Assembly (NCBI RefSeq): GCF_964355755.1
Contig: NC_092678.1
Location: 4,790,422-4,854,421 of the forward strand
Direction of reading: 5' to 3'
DNA: 64,000 nucleotides
From: Antedon mediterranea
Taxonomy: Eukaryota > Animalia > Echinodermata
The number at the start of each line of letters is the position of its first letter. Position 1 is the stretch's first letter. Position numbers and translations under genes: made by a program. Positions 1 through 11,900 of this stretch are shown here, in pieces. The notes under the pieces were generated by a model, which was not told the origin of the DNA, did no database searches, and saw only the letters and a list, made by a program, of their open reading frames with translations.

Positions 1-525
1 CAGCTCAGTTGGAGGATAGTTCAATGCGACGTGTAATAGAGAACAAAGAACAACGTGAACCTCGACCTACATGGGAAGAGATGGCCGGGTTGAGTCGCAT
101 CGATAATTGATATCGGAAGCTATTGTAAGTACTGGAGATAAGAAATGGAGTTCTCTATCGCAGATGGAAGTCAGAGGACAGTATTAGTTAGTTGGAAACT
201 TGTACTTCCCGTCGAGATGAGAGCAGCAGCCCCGAAGGAACTGCACAGAGGCAAAACCAGTGGACATTTAGGGGTTGTAAAGACCACCTCAATGCAACAT
301 TGTTTTTGGCTCGAAAGGCAAGGAGCAAATGTGACATTTGTGTTTGTAGGAAGATGCCAAATAAATAGAGAAAGGCCCCACTCCAACAGCAGGCAGCATA
401 GAGAGCCCAATGGAATAAGTTGTATGGATATTACTGGACCTTTTCCAGAAACAGACAGGGGAAATAAGTACATACTTGTTGTTGGCGATTGTTTCTCAAA
501 GAGGATGGAGGCCTATACTATATTA
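1..525 (+). mobile_element. Ty3/Gypsy LTR-retrotransposon integrase relic (frameshifted, truncated)
   Basis: ORF 145-528 has ELHRGKTSGHLGVVKT (integrase zinc-binding H..GHLG motif) and MDITGPFPETDRGNKYILVVGDCFSKRMEAY (start of the rve core). The sequence then switches to AT-rich non-coding DNA. Confidence 0.88.
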
Positions 526-1107
526 TAAATATTGTAAAAAAGGAAAGCATGAACACATCAATTATTTCAACAAAAGACATCAATCTTCATTCCATTATAT
601 CTTACCTATTTCTTATACTATTAAGCGTATAGCTACATTTGACTTTAAACTTCTAAAAATGTTCAAATAGGGCCTAGGCCTAGCTACAAAATGTTTCCAT
701 TTTCACGACGGTATGATGCACACTGCAGATATCTTACTAACTATTATTAACTTTAAACTTAGGGTCACTCAACTATGGCATGCAATTTATGCAAAAAAAA
801 ACAGCGGCCTAGGATTTAATACACGCTGGTGTTACATGCGTTGGTGCAGTATGCAAATTGATTTTTATCATTTAAATAGGTCCTATTACAAGCGCCACCT
901 TTTCGTTTAGCATTTAAAGTTCCAAGGTTTTTGGAACAATTGTTTTTTTCATGATAATTTTAAATAACATGAGGTCCGGTAAGTTGGTTCATTATTATTA
1001 AAAATAATAAGTTTAAAATATGCAAAAAATAGCGCCACATTTTAGTGGTTGAGCATTTAAAAGCAGATCTTTTTGATGGTTTGCGCATATAGATTCAAAG
1101 CTTCACG

Positions 1108-1960
1108 ATGTGCAATGAAAAAATCGTCGACATGCAAACTCATTGTTGTGGAACAACAAGGAGAAAAAGAGACTCGGAAACAAGTTACATAATGGGAATG
1201 CTAAGCGAGAGCATTAACAAAGATGAAAGCGGACAAATCATCCCATGTTACATAAATGGTAACTTGGAGAGCGACGTGGCTCAAAAAGCCCTCGCTTTAG
1301 CAGTGGGAGACAGTTTCATTGCAACTAATGTGAATAAAGGAGGAGACAATCACCGCCTCTTAAGTAGTTCCAAAGTAAACTATCATTCCTTTTCCAAATA
1401 ATTTAAACATGTTATATGTAAAAAATAAGAAGTCGTATAAAAACATTACACACAAAATCTTTTATTTTTTAAGTAATTTTACTTATAATTTTAAAATATA
1501 AATCCAATTTTACAATTTGTTTTTGTATTTTGATTTTCAGATATTTACGAAAGTTAGTAAGTTTCCAGTGGACGACATAGCAATACAAAACTTCATAACA
1601 CCGGATTTTGTATCTATGGTGGAAGCCAAAGGACTGCCAGTTAAAAGAAGACTCAGTATAATTGGAGGCGTTACTGAAGTAATTATTTTTTTTCATCGTA
1701 GGAACCATGATTAAAATGTCAATTATGTTTATTTTATCTGCTGATTTTGGAGTTTCGTGCTAATATCCAAAAGTTTGTTTATTTGTTTTCCTTTTTATTT
1801 AGCTTGGAGAATATGTTTCAACGTCGAAGTATAAACGAAAGAGTCTAAAACTAGAGTGCGACGACGTAAAAATGGATGTGGTACTCTGGGGGGAAAGTGG
1901 CCGAGGAGGCAAACCAACTCGTTATTGGCGAAAACATTATTATGGCGAAAACATTATTAT
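1108..1960 (+). pseudogene. Spliced tandem OB-fold (RPA70-like) pseudogene, copy 1
   Basis: Exons ~1108-1374 (AAA|gtaaac), 1541-1678 (ttttcag|...GAA|gtaatt) and 1803-~1960 (tttag|) join in phase 0. They read ...LSSSK|IFTKVSKFPV...RRLSIIGGVTE|LGEYVSTSKYKRKSLKLECDDVKMDVVLWG. A 1-nt frameshift after LWG hides VAEEANQLVIGENII. Confidence 0.65.
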
Positions 1961-2458
1961 AACTTTATTTTGCATATATCATGCATAGAAAGTAATTACA
2001 TGAGGAACAAGTTTTTAAAAGTAGTGTAAAATATTGACATAGAATTTTTAGTTAAAATAATTATTTCAACCAATAACGGCACTTATAAAAGACAAAAGAT
2101 ATCAAATACAAATCTTAAATTATAATCTTTGAACTTAGGGTCACTCAACTATGGCATGCAATTTATGCAAAAAAACAGCGGCCTAGGATTTAATACACGC
2201 TGGTGTTAAATGCGTTGGTGCAGTATGCAAATTGATTTTTATTTCGTTTAGCATTCAAAGTTCCAAGGTTTTTGGAACAATTGTTTCTTTCATGATAATT
2301 TTAGATAACATGAGGTCCGGTAAGTCTATCCATTTGGTTCATCATTATTAAAAATAATTAGTTTAAAATATGCCAAAAAATAACGCCACATTTTAGTAGT
2401 TGAGCATTTAAAAGCAGATCTTTTTGATGGTTTTCGCATATAGATTCAAAGCTTCACG

Positions 2459-3023
2459 ATGGCAATAAAAAAATCTTCTACATGCAAACTCATTGTTGTT
2501 GAACAACAAGGAGAAAAAGAGACTCGGAAACAAGTTACATAATGGGAATTCTAAGCGAGAGCATTAACAAAGATGAAAGCGGACAAATCATCCCATGTTA
2601 CATAAATGGTAACTTAGAGAGCGACGTGGCTCAAAAAGCCCTCGCTTTAGCTGTGGGAGACCGTTTCATTGCAACTAATGTGAATAAAGGAGGAGACAAT
2701 CACCGCCTCTCAAGTAGTTCCAAAGTAAACTATCATTCCTTTTTCAAATAATTTAAACATGTTATGTGAAAAATAAGAAGTCTTTAAAAACATTACACGC
2801 AAAATCCTTTATTTTTAAAGTAATTTTACTAATAATTTTAAAATATAAATCCAATTTTACAATTTGTTTTTGTATTTTGATTTTCAGATATTTACGAAAG
2901 TTAGTAAGTTTCCAGTGGACGACATAGCAATACAAAACTTCATAACACCGGATTTTGTATTTATGGCGGAAGCCAAAGGACTGCCAGTTAAAAGAAGACT
3001 CAGTTTAATTAGAGGCGTTACTG
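2459..3023 (+). pseudogene. OB-fold pseudogene copy 2 (exons 1-2 only)
   Basis: Near-identical to copy 1. The repeat unit starts ~2132 (copy 1 at ~756). Exons 2459-2724 and 2888-~3023, fused directly to the start of copy 3. Confidence 0.65.
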
Positions 3024-3051
3024 TTTTCGTATATAGATTCAAAGCTTCACG

Positions 3052-3860
3052 ATGGCAATGAAAAAATCGTCGACATGCAAACTCATTGTTGTTGAACAAT
3101 TTACAGAAAGGAGAAAAAGAGACTCGGAAACAAGCTACATAATGGGAATTCTAAGCGAGAGCATTAACAAAGATGAAAGCGGACAAATCATCCCATGTTA
3201 CATAAATGGTAACTTGGAGAGCGACGTGGCTCAAAAAGTCCTCGCTTTAGCAGTGGCAGACCGTTTCATTGCAACTAATGTGAATAAAGGAGGTGACAAT
3301 CACCGCCTCTTAAGTAGTTCCAAAGTAAACTATCATTCCTTTTCCAAATAATTTAAACATGTTATATGTACAAAATAAGAAGTCAAAGTAATTTTACTTA
3401 TAATTTTAAAATATAAATCCAATTTTACAATTTGTTTTTGTATTTTGATTTTCAGATATTTACAAAAGTTAGTCAGTTTCTAGTGAACGATATAGCAATA
3501 CAAAACTTCATAACACCGGATATTGTATCTATGGCTAAAGCCAAAGGACTGCCAGTTAAAAGAAAATCAGTTATATTGGAGGCGTTACTGAAGTAATTTT
3601 TTTTTTAATCGTAGGAACCATGATTAAAATGTCAATTATGTTTATTTTATCTGCTGATTTCTGAGTTTCTTCCTAATAACCAAAAGTTTGTTTATTTGTT
3701 TTCCTTTTTATTTAGCTTGGAGAATTTGTTTCAACGTCGAAGTATAAACAAAAGAGTCTAAAACTAGAGTGCGACGACGTAAAAATGGATGTGGTACTTT
3801 GGGGGAAAAGTGGCCGAGGAGGCAAACCAACTCGTTATTGGCGAAAACATTATTATAACT
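3052..3860 (+). pseudogene. OB-fold pseudogene copy 3
   Basis: Open exon 1 at 3052-3324 (MAMKKSSTCKLIVVEQ...LSSSK). Exon 2 at 3456-3592 is frameshifted near its end. Exon 3 starts at 3716 and is frameshifted after LWG. Confidence 0.65.
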
Positions 3861-4620
3861 TTATTTTGCATATATCATGCATAGAAAGTAAATATAAAAG
3901 AGAATAATCGTTGTAAATGATGAAGAAGCAAATGATGAAGAAACAATTACATTAGCAGAAATGGAAAATAGGAGGAAATGCCAGCAACATGGAGGTGACC
4001 GGCTCATTTTGATATTTAATTGTTATATTATCTAATAATTACTTGGTTGTTTTTTTTTTTTAGTTTTAAAGAATATTTTTGTTTGTTCTAGTTAATTAAA
4101 TTTGCATATTTCCATTACTTTATCGAGGGACCGATAAGTTAGCCAAGAGAAACCGTGTTGGGCTACATGTGAAGTAGTTGTCCTTGGTTAATCAGTCAGT
4201 AATCAGTTGTCTGTCTGACCTATTTTCAATAAACTGCTCTTGGCACAATTTCTGACAAATAGGTAAAAAAAATATCTAAAAGAAGCTTGGAAATGACCCT
4301 GCTAATAATTGCTTATAGAACCATTCATTATTATTTTTATTATTATTATTTTTATATATATTTTCCATTTTCTGTGTTTCTTTAGCTTATCTTTGTTTCT
4401 TTTATGGTAGAAGCTGTACTGTGTGAGAGTATTTTAATGCCTTTCAATGTTGTTTTTCAAACTGTTTTGTTTTTGACTTGATACTTTGTAAATATATAAT
4501 ATATAAATACTGTATTGTTATTGTTATGAAGTCAAACTCTTTTATCAAAGAACGTTCCTCTTTTACAAAAGAGTGTACCAATAAATTATAAAAACATAAT
4601 ATTTAGAATATATAAAGATC

Positions 4621-6008
4621 TACAGACTTTTAAAAAACCAAAACGTTTATAAACTTGAAAAAAAAAAATAATACAAACAAAACAAAAACCACCTCTTCTC
4701 CAAGTACCGTAAATCCTCATGCTTTATGTTGTTTTGGTTGTTCTGCCAACTAAGATGACAAACCAAAAAGGCCAATTTGATTTGACCATGAAGTACTCCA
4801 ATGATTTGAAATGGAAATACTCGCAGAAATTGGATACTAACCACAGGACTATACATGGAATAGACTCTACCATTGTTAGAGTGCGCCTAACAATGTAAGA
4901 GCGTGCTTTCCAATGTTAGAGCAAGCCTACCGAAAAGTGCGAGCCTAACAAAGAGTGCGAGCCTACCGAAGAGTGCGAGCCTAACAAAGAGTGCGAGCCT
5001 AACAAAGAACAAAGAGTGCGAGCCTAACAAAGAACAAAGAGTGCGAGCCTAACAAAGAGTGTGAGCCTACCAAAGAGCTGTGCAGCTAGCCTACCAAAGA
5101 GTGCTGCTGAAGAGGTACGAGCCCACAGCTGCTAAATAAGTATGAGCCTACAGATGTTAAAGAAGTATGAGCCTACAGATGCTAAATAAGTATGAGCCTA
5201 CAGATGCTAAAGAAGTATGAGCCTACAGATGCTAAAGAGTGCAATTCTAACGCCAATAAGAGTGCGAGCCCAACAATATTTAGGAGTGCGAGCCTAACGC
5301 TATTAAGAGTGCGAGCCTAACGCTATTAAGAGTGCAAGTCTAACGCTATTAAGAGTGCAAGTCTAACAATATTTAGGAGTGTGAGCCTAGAGTGCAAGTC
5401 TAACGCTATTAAGAGTGCAAGTCTAACGCTATTAAGAGTGTAAGCCAAACAATATTTAGGAGTATGAGCCTAACGCTATTAAGAGTGCGAGTCTAACGCT
5501 ATTAAGAGTGCGAGCCTAACACTAGCAAGAGTGCAAGCCTAACGCTAATAAGAATGTGCAGCCAGCAATATTTTAGAGTGTGAGCCTAACGCTATAAGAG
5601 TGTGAGCCTAACACTAGCAAGAGTGCAAGCCTAACGCTATTAAGAGTGTGAGTCTAACGCTATTAAGAGTGCAAGCCTAACGCTATTCAGAGTGTGAAGC
5701 AGATCCACTATAACATCGGTAAATGAACTCTAACACCAGTAGACGAACTCTAACAATGGTAGAGTCTACTCTACATGCATTTTTCCAGTGGTTAATAACC
5801 AATTTCCGTATGTAATTCCATGTCAAATCATTGGAGAACTTCAAAGTCTAATCAAATTGGCCTTTTCGGTTTGCCTCTTAGTGGGCAGAACAACCAAAAC
5901 AAAACAAAAAGCATGGGGATGTACAGGAGTCGGAGAGGAGGTAGTTTTACAAAGTACAAACAAGCAAACAAAAAGTTTATAAACGTTTTGGTTTTTTAAA
6001 AGTCTATA
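4621..6008. mobile_element. Foldback/MITE-like element: ~260-bp diverged inverted arms enclosing a composite minisatellite
   Basis: 4621-4882 (agacttttaaaaaaccaaaacg...tagactctaccattgttagagt) is the reverse complement of ~5747-6008. The interior holds 18/23/25-bp units sharing the core GAGTGCGAGCCTAAC. No clear TSD. Confidence 0.7.
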
Positions 6009-6019
6009 AAAGAAAAGAA

Positions 6020-6200
6020 AAAATTATAAAATAAAACATAAAATTACAAAATAAAACATAAAATTATAAAATAAAACCTAAAATGATAAAATAAAACATA
6101 AAATTATAAAATAAAACATAAAATAAAACCTAAAATTATAAAATAAAAGCTAAAATTATAAAATAAAACATAAAATTATAAAATAAAACATAACATTCTA
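6020..6200. repeat. AT-rich ~21-bp minisatellite (AAAATTATAAAATAAAACATA)n
   Basis: About 8 direct tandem copies visible. Confidence 0.85.
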
Positions 6201-6779
6201 AAAACCATTTTATAAAATATAGTCCATGCCTTGTTTGGTTGCCTTTTTGATGTCTTTAAAAGGTGCATGCCTTTGTTGTTTGTTTCTTTTAATTCTTTTT
6301 AAAAGGTCTAAAGGCCCCACTAGGATGATAACGATCAACGATAAATAGATAAGCATGCATTTTTCTTAAAAAACAAAGGAAATTTAGAAAGGTTTTCGGT
6401 TCTAGAGCTATAGGATAACCATTTATGCTGTCTTTGATAAAATTAATATTTTATAAAACCCAATAAAATGATGTCATGATTAATAAAATGCCTTTTAAAA
6501 GGTCCATACCTTGGTTGGTTGTTTTATTTTATGCCTTTTAAAAGGACATGCCTTCGTTGTTTGTTTTTTTTTTAATGATTTTTAAAAGATTTATGCTTTT
6601 TAAAAGGTTTATGCCTTGGTTTGTTTAATATCTGTAATACAAATTGCGACAACATAATCTATTATAGGAAAGATTGCAAGCACATCTTGAAAAATGTGCG
6701 TTTAACAGATGATTAAATGTCAAGAAACATATTCCAAGAGGCAAAAGAGAATGAGAAAATTGAACATCAGATGCAACAT

Positions 6780-7965
6780 ATGTTGGGTTTTAAAGCTCTA
6801 CAATGAATTTGCTCTTTACAAGTAAACTGTAAGCACCACAAAGCACCAGCATTGTGTGCGACTAGGGAAGCTGGAAGGACAATATGACATATACATATAT
6901 ACCACTTGTTTGTGACTTTTCCGCCAAGAATGCAATTTTCAATCTTTCCACCGGCCAAAGGCAGAGATCGCCGTGGATTCCAATCCATGGAACGCATTAC
7001 CAACAAAGACCCTATTTAATTACCAAGCTTTTGTAAAATAATACAATTTGAAAACAAAAGAGTGCAGAAACCCTTAATAAAAATGGTATACTACACTTGT
7101 GATAACCCAAACACATGGTTTTTACTTCTGGCCTCAGCAAATTTTGAACTTATTTGTTAAAGGAAAGAACCCATCAGGTCAGATTTTAAAGCCAATTCAC
7201 CACTTGCGTCACAAAGTGGCAGACGAATTGGGAAAATAAATAAAAGATTTGGAACAACAACAGAAGTGTAAATGGCTCTGTAAAACAAGAAATTAAAGAA
7301 ATTCTCACAGTAAAACAAACAAAAGTAGCTTGTTTCAACGAATGGCTAAAAGCAACGGTAGGGTTACATATCGTTATTTAGCTCGATCACAGGTTTAAAT
7401 TCATTCTAACGAGAAGCTTGAACCTGGATTTCCTCAAGAATCTGTTTTCAATTGTTGAGGAAGAGGGGTTACAAATATAATTTAATGGCCAATGAGTTTT
7501 TTGAAAAGAAATAATGTGTCACAAATTATATGATTCGGGCAAATTTTGGTAAAAGTTAATAACTAATCATTATCGTCCTAGTGTAAATGGTCCATATGTT
7601 TTGGTTGATTGTTTTTTTATTATCCCTTGGTTTGTTTAATATCTGCAATACAAATTGCAACAACAACATTTATAATGGGAGAGATGGGAGAGGGACCCTT
7701 GTTGGGTTGTAAAGCTCTACAACAAATTAATTTGCTCTCTACAAGTACAAAATAAAACTGCTAAGCACCACAAGGCAACATCATTGTGTGTTAGACTAGG
7801 GAAGCTGAAGGACAATATGGCATGTACACAGTATATACCACTTGTTCGTGATTTTGCCGCCAAGAATACAATTTTCAATCTTTCCGCCGGCAGAAGCCAG
7901 ATATTGTTGTGGATTCCGATCCACAAAACACATAACCAACAAAGAACCTAATTACCAAGCTTTGG
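6780..7965 (+). repeat. Diverged direct duplication (~6780-7030 vs ~7700-7965) inside a patchwork also found at ~32.6-34.5 kb
   Basis: Shared aaagctctaca...agcaccaca...gactagggaagctg...ccgccaagaat...gtggattcc...accaacaaaga. Also 6641-6724 matches 32756-32838 and 7100-7250 matches 33590-33730. Confidence 0.8.
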
Positions 7966-8972
7966 ATTAAAAAATTCAGCAAATTTTGAACTTAATTGTT
8001 GAAGGAAAGAAGGTCAGATTTAGAGCTTCAAAAGTGTAAAATTGGTAATACAGGTAGCTCTAAGCAAGAAATACAATACAAAAATAAAACATGCAGCAAT
8101 TGGGAAAACTTTGCTTTTTCAACAATGCAGTAAAATGGTGAAAATAATCAGCTGCTTAATATATATAAACCAATGGCTGGTAAAGCAGAGGGTAGGGATG
8201 TACGCAATTCCTTGATTTGAATAGAGATACAGTGGATTGTGAAAAATAAAAAAATCCAAATTAGTTGTGGACTAGAGCTATTACAAGCAGAGGACTTTAT
8301 TTTGTAAAAGATGGCATTTACCATCTCTAAGGTAGAGTTGCCAGGATACACGCAGAGGTGGTATTTTAGACAAGAGTGTCGCCGATTTGGACAACAAGGA
8401 CATAACAGAAGGTAAACAAGAACTTGTTGAAAATATAGAAAGCTCAATCTATCTGCCACCATTCATACTGCAAACAAGCTTTGAAATGCATGTGTACGAC
8501 AAAGAAGGGAAAAAGAAATTCCAAAGAAAGTAGCCTAGTTGTCTGGGAAAAAAGATCAATTTTTGGAAATTGTAAAATCTTTTTTTAAACTGAAGAAATA
8601 TGAAGAAAGAATTTGATTTTATTTATTTGCAGAAACCTGGCTAACATTGATTTCAGAATTTTTTTGGCCCTGAGCTTAGGCTCCTAACCTGGAAATCCAA
8701 TAATCTTCTTTTGAAAGTTTTTCAATTTCCCAATTTTAACTTTACAGAAGCATGGCCAATTTTACACTACTACTTGTGGGTTGCTTGCCCTAAAAAAGCA
8801 TCAAGTTGATCATTTAGTAGCTTTCTATTGTTGTTCCCAATCTTTTATTAAACTGAAGAAATACGAGAAAGAATGTCATTATATTTTCAATAGAGGATAA
8901 TTAGTAACACACGTCTTTCTAACTCACCTGCAAAAGTATTCAATTCAAAATCTCATAGCTTCTTAAAAATCT

Positions 8973-11900
8973 CATTCAAAGCATCGGCAGGAATAGGATT
9001 AGCATCCACAGCTTACTCATCATACACTAAAGCGTCTACTGCCATCTTACGTGCCCATTCAAAGCATCGGCAGGATTAGCGTCCACAGCTTACTCATCAT
9101 ACTCTAAAGCGTCTACTGCCATCTTACATGCCCATTCAAAGCATCGGCAGGATTAGCGTCCACAGCTGACTCATCATAGTCTAAAGCGTCTACTGCCAAC
9201 TTCTATGCCCATTCAAAGCATCAGCAGGATTAGCGTCCACAGCTTACCCATCACACTCTAAAGCGTCTACTGCAATCTTACGTGTCCATTCAAAGCATCG
9301 GCAAGATTAGCGTCCACAGCTTACTCATCACACTCTAAAGCGTCTACTGCCATCTTACGTGCCGTGCCATTCAAAGCATCGGCAGGATTAGCGTCCACAG
9401 CTTACCCATCACACTCTAAAGCATCTACTGCCATCTTACGTGCCCATTCAAAGCATCAGCAGGATTAGCGTCCACAGCTTACCCATCACACTCTAAAGCG
9501 TCTACTGCCATCTTACATGTCCATTCAAAGCATCGGCAGGATTAGCATCCACAGCTTACTCATCATACTCTAAAGCGTCTACTGCCATCTTACGTGCCCA
9601 TTCAAAGCATCGGCAGGATTAGCGTCCGCAGCTTACTAATTATACTCTAAAGCGTCTACTGCCATCTTACATGCCTATTCAAAGCATCGGCAGGATTAGT
9701 GTCCACAGCTGACTTATCACACTCTAAAGCGTCTACTGCCATCTTATATGTCCGTTGAAAGCATCGGCAGGATTAGCGTCCACAGCTTACTCATCATACT
9801 CTAAAGTGTCTACTGCCATCTTACATGCCCATTCAAAGCATCGGCAGGATTAGTGTCCACAGCGTACCCATCTAGTCTAAAGCGTCTACTGCCATCTTAC
9901 GTGCCCATTCAGAGCATCGGCAGGATTAGCAACCAGTTTACTCATCACACTCTAAAGCGTCTACTGCCATCTTAGGTGCCAATTCAAGGCATCGACAAGA
10001 TTAGCGTCCACAGCTTACTCATCATAGTCTAAAGCGTCTACTGCCATCTTACGTGCCCATTCAAAGCATCGGCAGGATTAGCAACCACAGCTTACTCATC
10101 ACACTCTCAAGCGTCTACTGCCACCTTAGGTGCCCATTCAAAGCATCGGCAGGATTAGTAATCACAGCTTACTCATCACACTCTAAAGCGTCTACTGCCA
10201 TCGTACGTATCCATTCAAAGCATCGGCAGGATTAGCGTCCACAGCTTACTTATCACACTCTGCGCGTCTACTGCCATCTTATATGCCCATTCAAAGCATC
10301 GGCAAGATTAGCGTCCACAGCTTACTCATCATACTATAGAGCGTCTACTGCCATCTTACGTGCCCATTCAAAGCATCGGCAAAATTAGCGTCCACAGCTG
10401 AATCATCACATTCTAAAGCGTCTACTGCCATCTTACATGTCCATTCAAAGCATCGGCAGGATTAGCGTCCGCAGCTTACCCATCATAGTCTAAAGCGTCT
10501 ACTGCCATCTTACGTGACTATTCAATGCATCAGCAAAATTAGTGTCCACATCTGACTTATCACACTCTAAAGCGTCTACTGCCATCTTATACGTCCATTC
10601 AAAGCATCGGCAGGATTAGCAACCACAGCTTACTCATCACACTCTAAAGCGTCTACTGTCATCTTACGTGCTCAATCAAAGCATCGACAGGATTAGCATC
10701 CACAGCTGAATCATCATACTCTAAAACGTCTACTGCCATCTTATATGCCCATTCAAAGCATCGGCAGGATTAGCGTCCACAGCTTACTCATCATAGTCTA
10801 AAGCGTCTACTGCCATCTTACGTGCCCATTCAAAGCATCGGCAGGATTAGCAACCTCAGCTTACTCATCACACTCTAAAGCATCTACTGCCATCTTACGT
10901 GCCAATTCAAGACATCAGCAAGATTAGCGTCCACAGCTTACTCATCATAGTCTAAAGCGTCTACTGCCATCTTACGTGCCCATTCAAAGCATCGGCAGGA
11001 TTAGCAACCACAGCTTACTCATCACACTCTCAAGCGTCTACTGCCATCTTACGTCATGCCCATTCAAAGCATCGGCAGGATTAGCAACCACAGCTTAATC
11101 ATCACACTCTAAAGCGTCTACTGCCATCGTATGTGTCAATTCAAAGCATCGGCAGGATTAGCGTCCACAGATTACTCATCACACTCTGCGCGTCTACTAC
11201 CATCTTATGTGCCCATTCAAAGTATCGGCAAGATTAGAGTCCACAGCTGACTCATCACACTCTAAAGCGTCTACTGCCATCTTACATGTCCATTCAAAGC
11301 ATCGGCAGGATTAGCGTCCACAGCAATGCTCATCATACTCTAAAGTGTCTACTGCCATCTTATGTGCCCATTCAAAGCATCGGCAGGATTAGTGTCCACA
11401 GCTTATTCATCACACTCTAAAGCGTCCACTGCCATCTTACGTGCCCATTCAAAGCATCGGCAGGATTAGCGTCAAACAGCTTACCCATCATAGTCTAAAG
11501 CGTCTACTGCCATCTTACGTGCCCATTCAAAGGATCGGCAGGATTAGCGTCCACTACCCATCATAGTCTAAAGCGTCTACTGCCATCTTACGTGCCCATT
11601 CAAATCATCGGCAGGATTAGCAACCACAGCTTACTCATCACACTCTAAAGCGTCTACTGCCATCTTACATGCCCATTCAAAGCATCGGCAGGATTAGCGT
11701 CCTCAGCTTACCCATCATAGTCTAAAGCGTCTACTGCAATCTTACTTGCCCATTCAGAGCATCGGCAGGATTAGCGTCGACAGCTTACTCATCACACTCT
11801 AAAGCGTCTACTGCCATCTTACGTGCCAATTCAAAGCATCGGCAGGATTAGCAACCACAGCTTACCCATCATAGTCTAAAGCGTCTACTGCCATCTTACG

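Noticed and set aside
6780-7960. Cys/His pattern (C..CKHH) as a SWIM zinc finger
   Set aside because: Frames disagree between the two copies and the spacing is unconvincing.
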